NCBI RefSeq assembly: GCF_009914755.1
Contig: NC_060935.1
Source of the DNA: the human T2T-CHM13v2.0 reference genome, Homo sapiens
Reading direction: 5' to 3' (one strand)
Length of the DNA stretch: 64,000 nt
Shown one piece after another: positions 1-25,918 of the stretch. The position numbers and the translations under genes are program-made. Within the stretch, counting starts at the first letter, position 1, and every line of letters begins with the position of its first letter. The notes under the pieces are model-generated. The model had not been told where the DNA came from and searched no databases. It saw nothing but the letters and a program-made list of their open reading frames with translations.

Positions 1-1089
1 CGCTTGAACCTGGGAGGTGGAGGTTGCAGTGAGCCGGGATCATGCCACTGCACTCCAGCCTGGGCGACAGAGTGAGACTCCATCCCCAAATAATAGTAAT
101 AAGTCCTTTCAGTAATTACAATTATTCTTTCATTGCTTCTTCCAATTGTTAATTCATAAGTTGTACATAATTGTAACAATATAATTGCTCTCTTCATATT
201 ATTTAAAATATGCCTTTTCATTCAATCTAGAAATTTTATATTTCTCAATTATATTGCTTACATATTATTCTGATAGACAGCTGTACCTGCTTAAACATTC
301 CAATTTAAGTAGGCATGAAATAGTACATCCAATCTGTTTTAGTTTTCCAAATTAATTGTTAGCAAGATTAGCCCCCATTTTTTTTTTTTTTTAACAGATG
401 GGAGTCTCATTATGTTGCCCAGGCTGGTCTCAAACTCTTGGGCTCAAGTGATTCCCCCACCTCAGCCTCTCAAGCATTGCTGGGACTACAGGCATGCACC
501 ACCGCTCCTGGCTAAAATCTTGTTTTAAGTTTCTTCCCTCCAACTTCCTCTTGCGTTCTTGGTGTTCTCTAACCATCTCTACAGGGGGGAGGTGGTGATA
601 CACAGCACATGCTTCCTCCTTATCTAATGTCACCTTCAGTTCAGAAACGATATGTTTTCTAATTAAAAGACAACTTTACAAGAGAAGCGTGCCTAACAAA
701 ATGTGTAGATGACTTTTTATTCATTGATTCAAAAGACATACATTCAGCCCCCGCTATTTACTGGATATTAAGCTCTGGGGCTACATGGAAGGACCACGCA
801 GACACTCTTCATGCCTTCAACGGCTTACAGTTAAGTTTTTCAAACATTTGAAACATAACGAAGCTTTTGGTTACTTAAAAGAATTCTATGGTATTAGGGA
901 GCAACACCTGTTTTGTAAACCTATATCTTCATACAGGGAATATGCTTAATCTTGCTACAGTATACATGAATGCGGGAATGTATCTTCCTCTGGGCTGCCT
1001 TTCGTTACCACTTGGCTGGGTGGAACACCTGTTCACTCCACTTTCCACTTGGGCTACAAACCTGAAACGAAATCTTTGCAACCAGTACA

Positions 1090-2065
<976 letters not shown>

Positions 2066-2400
2066 TGAGAGGCCTCACTGATCCTCCACCCATTCCCAGT
2101 ATCTGCTTTGGCCCTTTGTCCAATAGTTGGCTTTGCTGTAGCTCCTTAGTGTCCCTCTCATGATCTATTTCATTGAAAGGAGAGCTTCAAGACTGGGGCT
2201 GTATGCAGAATATCTGCCGAGGTTCATGCTTTGTCAGACCCACAGGACTGTGGAGGAGAAAGCCTGTCACTGGAAATTACTAACTTCTCATGGACAGGAA
2301 CTCCCTTGGCATCCCTAGTTCCCAATGTGCAATGGAACTGTATACACTTTGCATGAAATTGAATTGAATGAAATCTTAAGCCAGACTGAGAGTTAGGTAG

Positions 2401-4193
<1,793 letters not shown>

Positions 4194-4246
4194 GGTAAGT
4201 TGTTTTAAAGTAACGGAGATGAGTTCGAAGAGACTGGCTTTGCCTA

Positions 4247-4689
<443 letters not shown>

Positions 4690-4753
4690 CTAGACACAAG
4701 CTAATAAATTACATACCAACAGTACAAACCTGAGCTACTGCTTTTTGTGTTAA

Positions 4754-4882
<129 letters not shown>

Positions 4883-4959
4883 TGAGTAGTGCGCTCATAA
4901 TTTGTGGAACTTCATTGCTTGGTGGAGTATTTTACCCAGAATTGAGAATTAGGAGTTAA

Positions 4960-5202
<243 letters not shown>

Positions 5203-5519
5203 TGAGTTTTTGCTCTAGGTGATTACTTACTTACTCACTTTTTTTCATAGATGGCTACTACATCTTGGAAACTGACATTAAATGTGGTTAGGTCTTGTCA
5301 TTTGGGAGTATATAGGTTTAAACATGAAGATTGACAACTATTCTTCCTGGTTGTTATTTCCAGTTATAAGAACTTGAACAGTTCCTGTAACCTTTCTCAG
5401 CCTCAGTGTAGTACACAGGGTAATGCGTGGCACTTTTCATTCAAGAACATTACATTACAGATTTTGAGGATGATTTTTACTAACATCTATTCCCTGTATA
5501 ATTAGAGTTTATAGCAGGC

Positions 5520-6690
5520 TGTGTTAGTCTGTTTTACTTTGGCATGAAGAAATACCTAGGGCTGGGTAATTTATAAAGAAAAAAGGTTCATTTGGCTCAA
5601 GGTTCTGCAGGCTGTACAAGAAGCAGGGCGCCAGCATCTGTTTCTCTTGTGGCCACAGGAAGCTTACAATCATGGTGGAAGTTGGAAGGGAAAGGGGAAG
5701 GGTGGTGTGTCCCATGAGAGAGGGAACAAGAGACAGAGGGGAGTGGGTAACCAGGCTCTTTATAGCAATCAGATTTCCCCTTAACTCATTACCATGGGGC
5801 ATGCAGCAAGCCATTCACGAGGGATCCTCCTCCAATACCCAGACACCTGCCACCAGACCCCATCTCTAACATTGGGGATCATATTTCTTTTTTTTTTTTT
5901 CCACATACAAAAAAACTTTATTTACACAGTCTTGGATTCTGAATCTCCAGTACTTCCAGGGTCTCTTGATCAAATGGGGCAGCAGCAGGCAGGGAAGCAA
6001 ACACAGGGGCCAGTCCAGATTATCTTACTCAAGAACACCACCAAGAAGGGAAGGCCTAATTCAGTCTTGGTCTGGACTACATCTCCCCGCACTTTGAGAT
6101 CACCACAGTAGTTTGGGCTTATTGTTGGGGCCTGTGGGAACATTCTGAATCTTTCTCATCACTAGAAGTCCATCAGTGATTTTTCCAAACATTACATGCT
6201 TCCCATCCAGCCAATCACACTTAGAGCAGGTGATAAAGAACTGACAGCCATTTGTACTGGGACCGCTGTTTGCCGTGGAAAGCAGGCCTGGAGCTGAGTG
6301 TCTAAGTTTAAAATTTTCGTCTGCGAATGTCTCCTGGTAAATACTGGCGACTCCAGTACCATCTCCATTAACAAAATCTCCACCCTAAATCATGAAATCC
6401 TTTATGACCCTGTGGAAAGTGCTTCCTTTGTATCCTATTGGAACCCCATCTTTTCTGAATTCTCTAGTGCAGAACTACCCAAAGTTCTCGGTCGTCTTAG
6501 GCACAACGTCTGCAGAGAGCTCGATCTTTGTGCGGCCAACTTCCTGACTGCCATTGCTGACATCAAAGAACACCATGGGGTTAGCAGGGCTTGAAGTTGC
6601 CACCACCATGGCTCTGACCCGGAAACGGAAGTCGGGGGATCATATTTCAGCATGAGATTTGGAGGGGACAGACATCCAAGCTGTATCATA
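5520..6690. mobile_element. MaLR (MST-type) solo LTR interrupted by the PPIH pseudogene
   Basis: ggctgggtaatttataaagaaa...ggggatcatatttc|agcatgagatttggaggggaca, typical MST LTR text resuming after the insert. Confidence 0.75.
5888..6634 (-). pseudogene. PPIHP1: Processed pseudogene of cyclophilin H (PPIH)
   Basis: Intronless minus-strand homology from ATG 6609 to TAG 6077 ([48 protein letters not shown]); premature TAGs at 6475 and 6385; 1-nt deletion near the C-terminus; AATAAA at 5917-5922, poly(A), 14-bp TSD. The P1 numbering is from memory. Confidence 0.92.
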
Positions 6691-7575
6691 GGTGTCAAGT
6701 GCTGTCTGTTGAATGAAAGTCCCCAGTTGGTGTTCTTTTGACATGTGGTGATCTATTTTCCAAGAGTGGGTGAAGTAGTCCAATAGTATTAATAAATGAG
6801 AAAACTGACAAAAGTTAAGTGTAAGATACACATATGTAATAGTGTTGCATCAAAGTTGAAGGCAGTGAATGTAATCACTGTTGATTGTGCTAACTAAATC
6901 AGTTTCTAAGAAACTAAGTCAGTTTATTAGGTATTAGGGTTATCGTCTGTATATTTGTGTGCTTTAGATGTTAAAAGTGGATAAAAATCCAGCCGTCCTT
7001 TTCTAAATAATTCTGACTGGCATTTCTCCTTAATCTAGTTTATTTGTAGAAATTTTTGTATAGGAATCTTTTTCTCCTTTGGAAATAATGTTCTACTCCA
7101 TGGTCTGTTAGTAACAATCATTTAGGATTTTTTGCCAGGTGTTCAGTTCACACATGTATTACATGCTGTTCGGCAAATTCTATCTCATGATGTAAGACTG
7201 ACTTAATTTTCCTCTACTTTGTGTCTGTAGCTTTGTGTGCATGTGTTAGGGTTTTACCTTAATTATTCTTTAAGATACTGAATTGGATTCTGAATCTCTG
7301 ATAGTATTCTTTAAGATACTGTATAGAGATTATTGGCTTCACTGTTTCTTAAGAAGCAGATGAAGATGGCAAATTCTGCACAAAAAAAGCACTTACAATT
7401 TTTTTTCTAAGGCTTGTCTTACTTTCCCCTCTCTGGAAACATCTTCAATTGAAGTTATTTTCCTCTCCGCATAATCCTGTTGCTAATCAGATACAGAAGA
7501 CAAAGAGGATAGCAAATGAAACCAAATTCAGTGGATACACAAGCCATATAAATAGTAAAGCAATTTTACATTTAG

Positions 7576-8520
<945 letters not shown>

Positions 8521-8740
8521 ATCAAATAAAATTCTGTGTAAGAATTCTGTGTACATATATTATATACAACAAGTTGTTTTGAAATATGTATATATTGTGG
8601 AATGGCTAGATTGAGCTAATTTATATATGCATTACTTTATAGACTTATCTTTTAGGCCACTTAAAAATCTACTGTCAGGAATTTACAAGAATACAATACA
8701 TTGTTATTAACTATTGTCACCAAATAATGTTTTTTTTTTT

Positions 8741-8837
8741 AATATGGAATGCTTCACGAATTTGTTGTCCTTGCGCAGGGGCCATGCTAATCTCTATATC
8801 GTTCCAATTTTAGTATATGTGTTGCTGAAGCGAGCAC
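8741..8837 (-). pseudogene. U6 snRNA retropseudogene
   Basis: Reverse complement reads GTGCTCGCTTCAGCAACACATATACTAAAATTGGAACGATATAGAGATTAGCATGGCCCCTGCGCAAGGA...; ACAGAGA box mutated, small deletions, A tail (T run ~8729-8740). Confidence 0.95.
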
Positions 8838-9022
8838 AGAACAGTTCTTAATATTACGTTTTTATCTTGGAAAGATATCTGGTAAGGTTGGGACAAATGC
8901 AGTTTCCTGTGGGTAAAAAATAGGTAGATGCTAAGTACAGAGCGCAGTAAAATTTTAACAGAATGGTTTGGACCAAGGTCATTTTGTGAAAATGAAAAAC
9001 TTCTTGGTTAAAAAAAAATGAA

Positions 9023-9346
<324 letters not shown>

Positions 9347-9564
9347 TTAGATGTTGAGAAATTAATTTTGACTGTCTGAAAGAAATCTTTCCCATGTGCT
9401 TGTTGCATTTAACTTGGAGTGTGTGTTAGAGTGTGGGCGAGAGTATAAGAGTATGGGTCAGAGTATGAGATTTGAAGGATGATTTACCTGGTGGGAAGCT
9501 ATTGAGGTGTGAAGCTTTTGCTGTGGTGAGTATTTGGATTATCATAGTCACCATCATTCTATGA

Positions 9565-9795
<231 letters not shown>

Positions 9796-9944
9796 TGAGG
9801 CACTGAGTTTCCCAATGAGGAAGAGGATTGCCATTCTTTCCTATAATGAGTGAGTGATAATATGAAAACTTTATAATTCTTAGGATTCATTTTCTGGGAC
9901 AGAATATTTTATTTTTATTTAGTTATATGTATTCTTTAGTTTTT

Positions 9945-12754
<2,810 letters not shown>

Positions 12755-13513
12755 TAAACATATTTTTTATTGGGTATTCTCAGCTGGGAAATGGAAGGAT
12801 TCATCAAAGATGTGTTCATCAAGGAGAGGCACAACAGTACAGAAAGCCAATGGCTTCTTTTAGTTTTACTTTTGCAATCCTAAATGTTTAAGTTCTTTGC
12901 AAGGAAGGCAGTAGTTGAATAAAATATAAGTTGTCAACACCATAGAAATCCCAGTAAAGCTGTAATTCTTTACATTGAAATACTTGGTATAATATCAAGT
13001 ATAACCTCTTTGAAAAGTTCCAAAGATGCTTTTAGGGCTGAAATCCAACATTAGTATCTAGGTTGGTAGCTCCCTTAATTAGGCATGTATGTGGTTCTTA
13101 TCTTTAGCAGCATAGCTGACACCATCTTAGAGTCCTGTGAGTCTGCATGGGGACTGTCCTTGGAGATTTTTTAATAACTTTGAGAACTAACCACTGTCTG
13201 TAATCTTTCATAGTTTTATTGAACAGATTTTTATTTGGCATTTACTTTGTACCAGGTTGTATTATTTCTAAGAACTTGAAAAATATTAATCTGTTTAAAT
13301 GTATAACATCCCAGTACCAATCCAGTGAGATTGGTACTATTATTATCCCCGTATTGTAGGTAAAGAAACCAAGACACAGAAGGTTAAATAGGTTGCAAAA
13401 AAGGCTATATAGCTAGCTTGAATGAGAAAAATCACTTTACTTAAAACTGTGCTGTGAGTTTGGAGGGATAGTGGAATCTCTTAAGTCCCATAATGTTTTT
13501 TCTTTCTATTTAA

Positions 13514-13753
<240 letters not shown>

Positions 13754-14393
13754 TAAGGAGTTTTGATTAGATGATATCCTAGGTTCCTTCCACCTCCAAG
13801 ATTCTATGACTGAGGAGGGAGATAGTTTATTAACATTTGTGGAGACCTATAGTGTTTGTTGTACTGCACTGTTCACCTAATGGTTGATAGTTTGGGCCTT
13901 GTAGCTTTTTTCTTCCTGCTATCTAGAGTCCTGCTGAGAACAAAGCTGAGTGACATGTTCTCTTTCTGCTTTAGATACAGATACCATGCTTGTGGAAAGT
14001 AAGGCTTCATTGCCCCACCCTTTTTTTTTTTTTTTAAGAGACAAGGTCTCACCCTGTTGCTGAGGCTGGAGTGCAGTGGTGCAATCATAGCTCACTTCAT
14101 TGCCCATTTATTATTAAATATACTGAATAATCTCTGTCACTTGAAATCCTCTTGTTATTGACTTAGTAGGTCAAGCATATATTTGTGATACAGTGGAACC
14201 TTGACATGACTTGTTTTGCCTAGAATTTATTATATCACCAAATACTTGATACACTATATAACTATAACCTGAACTTGTATAACTCCAACCAGAGATAACA
14301 CTGACAGTGAAGCTTCAGTGATTCTCACAGATGCTAGAATCATGTGAGTTTAAACTAGGTAAACATTTCTATAAGAGAAAAGTTGATTTCTGA

Positions 14394-15135
<742 letters not shown>

Positions 15136-15446
15136 TCATGTTGGTGATGTAAAAGAATGCGAATAAAGAAGTGGTAAGAGATTAAAGTGAAGAAAGGCTG
15201 TAGAATACTATACACTGATTGGCAATATTCAATTCTGTGCTTCATGTTGTTATGGAATAAGGTAACTGTTCTGTCTTTGATATAGAAGTATATTGTTCTC
15301 GCTGTTCGTATTACTACATTATGTTGGTTAAGCTGGCGAAAAGTACATTATGATCTTTGGAAAAATGAAAGTTATTAATATTTAATTAAAATAGTTTTAA
15401 TTTATTAATAAGATGTAAACTTTTAATCTTTCAGACCAGTCTTTGA

Positions 15447-15668
<222 letters not shown>

Positions 15669-17595
15669 TAAAGTTAAAATTTAGTTGAATTTCCTCCTTA
15701 AGACTTGCAAGTACAACTATGTATAGCCGTACTTATAATTGGGATAGTAGGGACAATCATTAATAATTCCTTCAGAAGGGAGAAATAGTTCTTTTGTTGC
15801 CACCACAGAGTAGGGAAACTTTTACTGAGCTTTATTTACTCTGCCTAGAATCTACCCATACACTTTAGATACCTTTTTTTTTCCTCTTCTATTCATGGAA
15901 ACTGCTTGTTTGGTGAAAGTATATGTAAAATTTGGTTATGGGACTTGATTATGTAATAAGAAACCTCTGTTAGTGCTTGGTTGACTGTAGCAATAAGCAA
16001 AGCAAAATAAAATTTGAAGTTGGGGTGATTTGGAATGACTTAATAAAATTCATATAAAACAGAACTAGAGCTCCCTGAAGGCAAGGGAAAACGCCTTACT
16101 TGTCTGTCTGCCGCCAAAGAAAAAATATAGCTTTGTGATAAGAGCATGGGGCCTGGAATCAGACCACCTAGCATTTAATCCTGGCTTTATAATTTTCTAT
16201 GTAATATGTTTTCCAGTGAATTACTTAGATTGTATGTCCTTATGTCAATTACTTTTCTATCTGTAAAACTGAGGTACTGTACATCGTATAGATTGTGAGA
16301 GTTAAATGAGCTATAACAGGTGAAGTGCTTAGAACTGTATCTAGCATATAAGTACTCAATACATGTTAGTTGTCATTCATATTGATATTACTGCCTGGTG
16401 CTTAAATAAGTTTTTTTGAATTAAACTTAAGCTAAAATTTAGTGTAGGATAACTAAGGTACTTATTTGGAATGGGGGGAAGTTATTATGCTTGGAACTTG
16501 GTTTGATGGCTTGTACTATGTGTCAGTCATTTAACTTACCATACTTAATGTACACAACACTTCTTGAAGTAAGAATTATCATTCCTTATTTTCTGGATAA
16601 GAAAACAGACTCTCAGACTCTTCAGGGTTCTTCCTTCCTGTTAAATAGTAAAGTTGCAGTGTAACTCTAGATTTGTTTAACTCTAAAGCCTGTTTCTTCA
16701 CACTACCCTATCCTGCCTTCTGTTTTGATGCTCTGCCATCCATAATTACTAAAGAAAAATATGCTTATTTCCCCAATTTTCTAGTTATGGGTACTCAATG
16801 GTGGTTATCCCGTATCTGCAATTTGCTATCTTGTAGTTAGAAGTCAAGCCAATCCCAAGACACAAGAGTAGAATGTTGTAAATTTTTTGGACCTCAGAGA
16901 TTCTTGTAATATTGGAAGATTCTTTTTTTTCCATCTTAATGCCATTTCAGTAGTATATTGCTATCATATATGTATATATGATTAGAATCAGGGACAGCAG
17001 TGTAAGTTGGAGTAACTTTTAAAGGGAGAAAGGACTGGGTTAATAATTATATCTAAAGAATTTAGACAAGCAAAGAAGGACCATTTATTAGATATTCAGC
17101 AATACTCGTTACCTTACTAAAGATATAAGTGGAAAATCCCTTAGGTATGAGCTGAGAGGAGTGTTAAAAAAAAAAAAGAAAGAAAGAAAATCCCACTGTT
17201 CTTACTATGCAGGCAGAGTTAGGTGATAAATATCATCGACTGCTATCTACACATCAGACACTTGTTCATCAGATGGATAAGATTTCAGTTTCAGTTGCTT
17301 ATATGACCAACAATAAAGAATTAAATGAACAGAAAGGGAGTATAGCATAGTAGTTAAGAGTGTGAGCTCTGTAGCTGGAATGCTTGGGTATGAACCTCAG
17401 CTCTTTATACTAGCTGTGTGACCTTTTGTGTCACAATTTCTTTGTATATAAAAACATTAGGTTTAATGGTTGTGAGGTTTAAATAAGTTAACCAGTGCCT
17501 GTACAGAGAAAGCATATCTAGGTATTAGCTATAATGATAATAATATTTTTGTTATTAAATAAGATGATTTGAGTGCTAAGAAAGAAAGAAACTCA

Positions 17596-18173
<578 letters not shown>

Positions 18174-19613
18174 CTAGTAGGAGATGAGATTGGAAAAAAA
18201 CAGGGATGAGAACATAAATGACCTTATAGATTATGGTAAAGAGTTTGAATTTTATTTAAAGTACTTGAGGAAGCCATTGAGAAATTTAAGCAAAGAAGTG
18301 AAATAAAATGATTATGTTTTGAAAAGATCATTTTGGTTGCTCCATGGAAATGGATGAAACGTTTATATAGTTTATGTTTGACAAGATCCCTACTTTTTGT
18401 TACCCATAGTCCAGTGTTGTTCCCTTTATACCATATTGCTTTATGATGGCCTGTTGTGCCGCCCAAGAGAGATAGGGAAAAGGGTTTACAAGGTTTCAAC
18501 TAACTCCTAAGTCAGGAAATTCTTGTGGGTGGCTGAAGCTTAGCATAAGGCAGGTGGTACTATGGATTTCCTCCTCTTGAGGGACTGTGGTGTCTAGATC
18601 AGCCTTGGTTGTAAGGGGAGGTTATGGTTTCTGTCTTTTACAAAGGAGAGAAATCTAATAGGGGTACTACCACCTCTGTTCTAGAGCTCCTAGTGAGGAT
18701 AAATACAATCCTAGCCAACTCAGTTTTCGTAATGAAGGAAAGGAATTGGGAAGAACTACACACAACAAGAGTCCTTTTTAAAGTCTGCCTTGGGGGAAGA
18801 TGAATCAGTTTGACCAAATTTTTCCTAGAAGTGGGCCAGTGTAAAAGGTATTCTATAATAATAACTAAATTCTGAATCTCCGTAGAATTAAAGGTCAAGA
18901 TTATCTACTTGGGTCCAAAATTAAACCTAAGAGGCTGTAGGTGGGAGGAGGGAGGAAATTGAATATAAGTAAAATTAAACCTACTGAGAGAACTTTGAAG
19001 ATCCTTCCTCATGTGTGACATTGCACCTTTTTCCTTCATTTCCTTTAACACGGGCCAGTTTAGAGCCTTGGCTACTGTGAAAAAGCTATGAGTCATAGAG
19101 ACCACATAAGGAATGAATGATTCTAAAGATAAGATAATTGCAGTAAAGAGTTATTCGTGCTATTTTGGGGTGAAAAAATCGACTTGATTTGTCAAAACAA
19201 TTATTGTTATACCTGTAAATTCTGTATAAAAGGAATTCTTTATGGTCACATAAATCCAGAACCCAAATGAAATCTATTTCACGGCTTAGGAATGGTTTTT
19301 TGGAGCTAACCAGGAGGAGGCAGCTAGTTTCCCTTTTGGAGATATAAACTGTGCTCGGCATTATCCTTATGCCACATTTCCCAATTTAAAAGTAAGGAAG
19401 ATGAAAAAAATTAAGTACAACTTGGATAAAACTCTAAAAGAGAAATACATAAAGGAATATTTGCAGTAGTTAAAAAGAAAAGACCCACTCCAGATCACAC
19501 ACTGGTACTCTGTGTGGATTAAAATTAATAGTTGACAAAAGCTGGTATTTGTAGGTAGCACCTTAAGGGGTAGGGTTAAGGCTGTGAACCTTTCAGAATG
19601 TTTTTGGTAGTAA

Positions 19614-19787
<174 letters not shown>

Positions 19788-19905
19788 TAGCTCTTACTTT
19801 TTTTGCAGTTTGTCTCTACAGCCTGTTAGACCATTTCATACATTATTTATGAACGAAATAGCTCAACCAAGATTGTTTTCTTCTAATTTCAGTGGTTTAA
19901 TAATA

Positions 19906-20250
19906 CAGTCATCCCTCGGTACCCATGAGAGGTTGGTTCCAGGAGCCCCCTTGTATACCAAAATTCACAAATGCTTAAGTCTCTTATATAAAATAGTGTA
20001 GTATTTGTATATAACTTACCCACATCCTCTCAAATACTTTAAATCATCTCTAGATTACTTATAATATTAAATACAAGGTAAATACTATGTAAATAGTTGT
20101 TATATTTTATTGCTTAGGAAATAATAATAAGGACAAAAAGTCTGTACTTGTGCAGTTCAGATGCAACCATCTGTTTTTTTCTGGAATATTTTTGATTTGC
20201 CTTTGGTTGAATCCAGTGATGCAGAACTTATGGATATGGAGGGCCAAGTG
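19906..20250. mobile_element. MER2-like DNA transposon relic (TcMar-Tigger)
   Basis: cagtcatccctcggtacccat ... atggatatggagggccaagtg terminal inverted repeats. Confidence 0.75.
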
Positions 20251-20458
20251 TATTTAGATATTTGTGTGCTATCATTTATATACAAGATCAAAGATGATAT
20301 ACTACATTGACATGTATTCCACATTATGTTTTGAGCTAGTTAATCGGTTTTTGCTTTGAAATAAAAGATTTGTTCTTTTTTTCTTTTTCAAAATATTTTA
20401 AAGTACAGTTGAATGAGTTGTTTTTGGTGTTTGGTTTTTTTTGTTTGTTTGTTTTTGA

Positions 20459-20683
<225 letters not shown>

Positions 20684-20985
20684 TGAGGCTCAAGTGAGCC
20701 TCCCAACCCCCTTTTCTTAACATTGTTTAGGATAATGGATTAGCTTGTTTATACTTATTTATTATTCCTTGCAACTTAAGAATGCTTCCATTGCTTTTCT
20801 TGAACATAATTTTGCAAAAACAAAATTATTTTGACACAAACTGGTCATTGAACATACTCTGATACAAAGAAAAATGACACTTAAAACATGACTTCAGAAT
20901 TCTAAGTAAAAAAATTAAAACTCTTAAAACAAGCAGAAGTCTCTTTTGCTCACTGGGGACAGAAATAGGTATTCTATAAAGCTTA

Positions 20986-21344
<359 letters not shown>

Positions 21345-21380
21345 TCACAGTTACTAAGAGCTTTTTCTTTCCTCCCATAG

Positions 21381-21506
<126 letters not shown>

Positions 21507-21643
21507 TAGGGGCATCTTTAGTTGTTTAGTTGCTTCCATAGTTTTTAACACATTAACAGAGGCTTTTTAAGTTGGGAATATTGGATGATTACTTTAAGGG
21601 AAGTTTTGGCCAACTGAATACTTGAATCACTTTGTTCCTATTA

Positions 21644-21955
<312 letters not shown>

Positions 21956-22080
21956 TTATATTATGGCGGAGTCCTCCATCTTTCAATTATAATAATGCTT
22001 GAGGTAAGTATTAGCAGAGAGTAAGGTGAAGAGACAAACAGAGCCCTAAATTAGTTAAGGTCTTAACTCAAGATAATTGA

Positions 22081-22239
<159 letters not shown>

Positions 22240-22678
22240 TAAGTTATAAAAATTTTGTCTTTCCCCACCAAACATTTATATTTTTGTCCATATATTTTGT
22301 TACAATATATCAGTTGGTGGTTACTTTCTTGATCTTGTCCTTTGAAGCACAAGATTTTAAATATTGGTTATGTCCACTTTTATCAATTTTTTTCTTCTGT
22401 GCTTTTGGTATTATATCTAAGAAACTATTACCTAGTCTAAGGTCATGAAGATTTATACTTTTGTTTCCTTGTAACAGTTTTATACTTTTAGTTCTTATAT
22501 TCAGGTCTTTGCTCTATTTTGAGTTAATTTTTTATAGGTGGTGTGAGATAGGAATCCAACCATTGTTTTGCATGTGGACATTTATTCTTTCATCCCAGCA
22601 CCATCTTTCCCCATCGAATTGTCTTGGTATCCTTGTCAAAATTAATCATATATGTGAGAATTTTATTTCCAGATTTTT

Positions 22679-25103
<2,425 letters not shown>

Positions 25104-25185
25104 TAATCTCTGTATACCCTTAATGTCAGTACCACAGTCTTGATTACTTTAGCTTTGTAATAAGTTGTAAAATCAGGAAACGTGA

Positions 25186-25426
<241 letters not shown>

Positions 25427-25829
25427 TAGCCAGAATCAAGATTGTTTTGTCTGAGTCCCTTGCAATTCTAAGTGAATTTTAGGATTAGCTTGTAAATTTC
25501 TGCATTGAAGCCAGTTGACATTTTGATAAGGATTGATTGGATGTATCTGCTGATCAGTTTGGCAAGTGTTGCCATCCGAAGAATATAGTCTTTTCATCCA
25601 TGAACATGTAGATGCCCCTGTATTAGTTAGGTGTTCTTCAGTCTCTTTCAACAGTTTTTTTATAGTTTTTCAGAGTGTAAGTTTTGCACTCTAAATTTGC
25701 ATTTGTTAAACTTATTTCTAGGTATTTTATTCTTTTTGATACTACTCTAAGTGGAATTGTTTTCTAGATTTCATTTTCAGATTGTTCATTGCTACTATAT
25801 AAAGGTATGATTGATTTTTTTTTTTTTTT

Positions 25830-25918
25830 AAGACTAGTCAGGTATACTAGTGAGAAGGGCGGAAGAGTAGAAAAGAAGTTAGATTTATAATGGACTCTGA
25901 GCAATCAATTGAGATAAC
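25830..25918 (-). pseudogene. Y1 RNA retropseudogene, 5'-truncated
   Basis: Reverse complement matches hY1 GTTATCTCAATTGATTG...TTCTACTCTT...CCCTTCTCACTA...TGACTAGTCTT followed by an A tail (T run ~25815-25829). Confidence 0.88.

Noticed and set aside
7264-7321. 17-bp direct repeat tattctttaagatactg
   Set aside because: Short AT-rich local duplication with only two copies and no tail; no basis for a function
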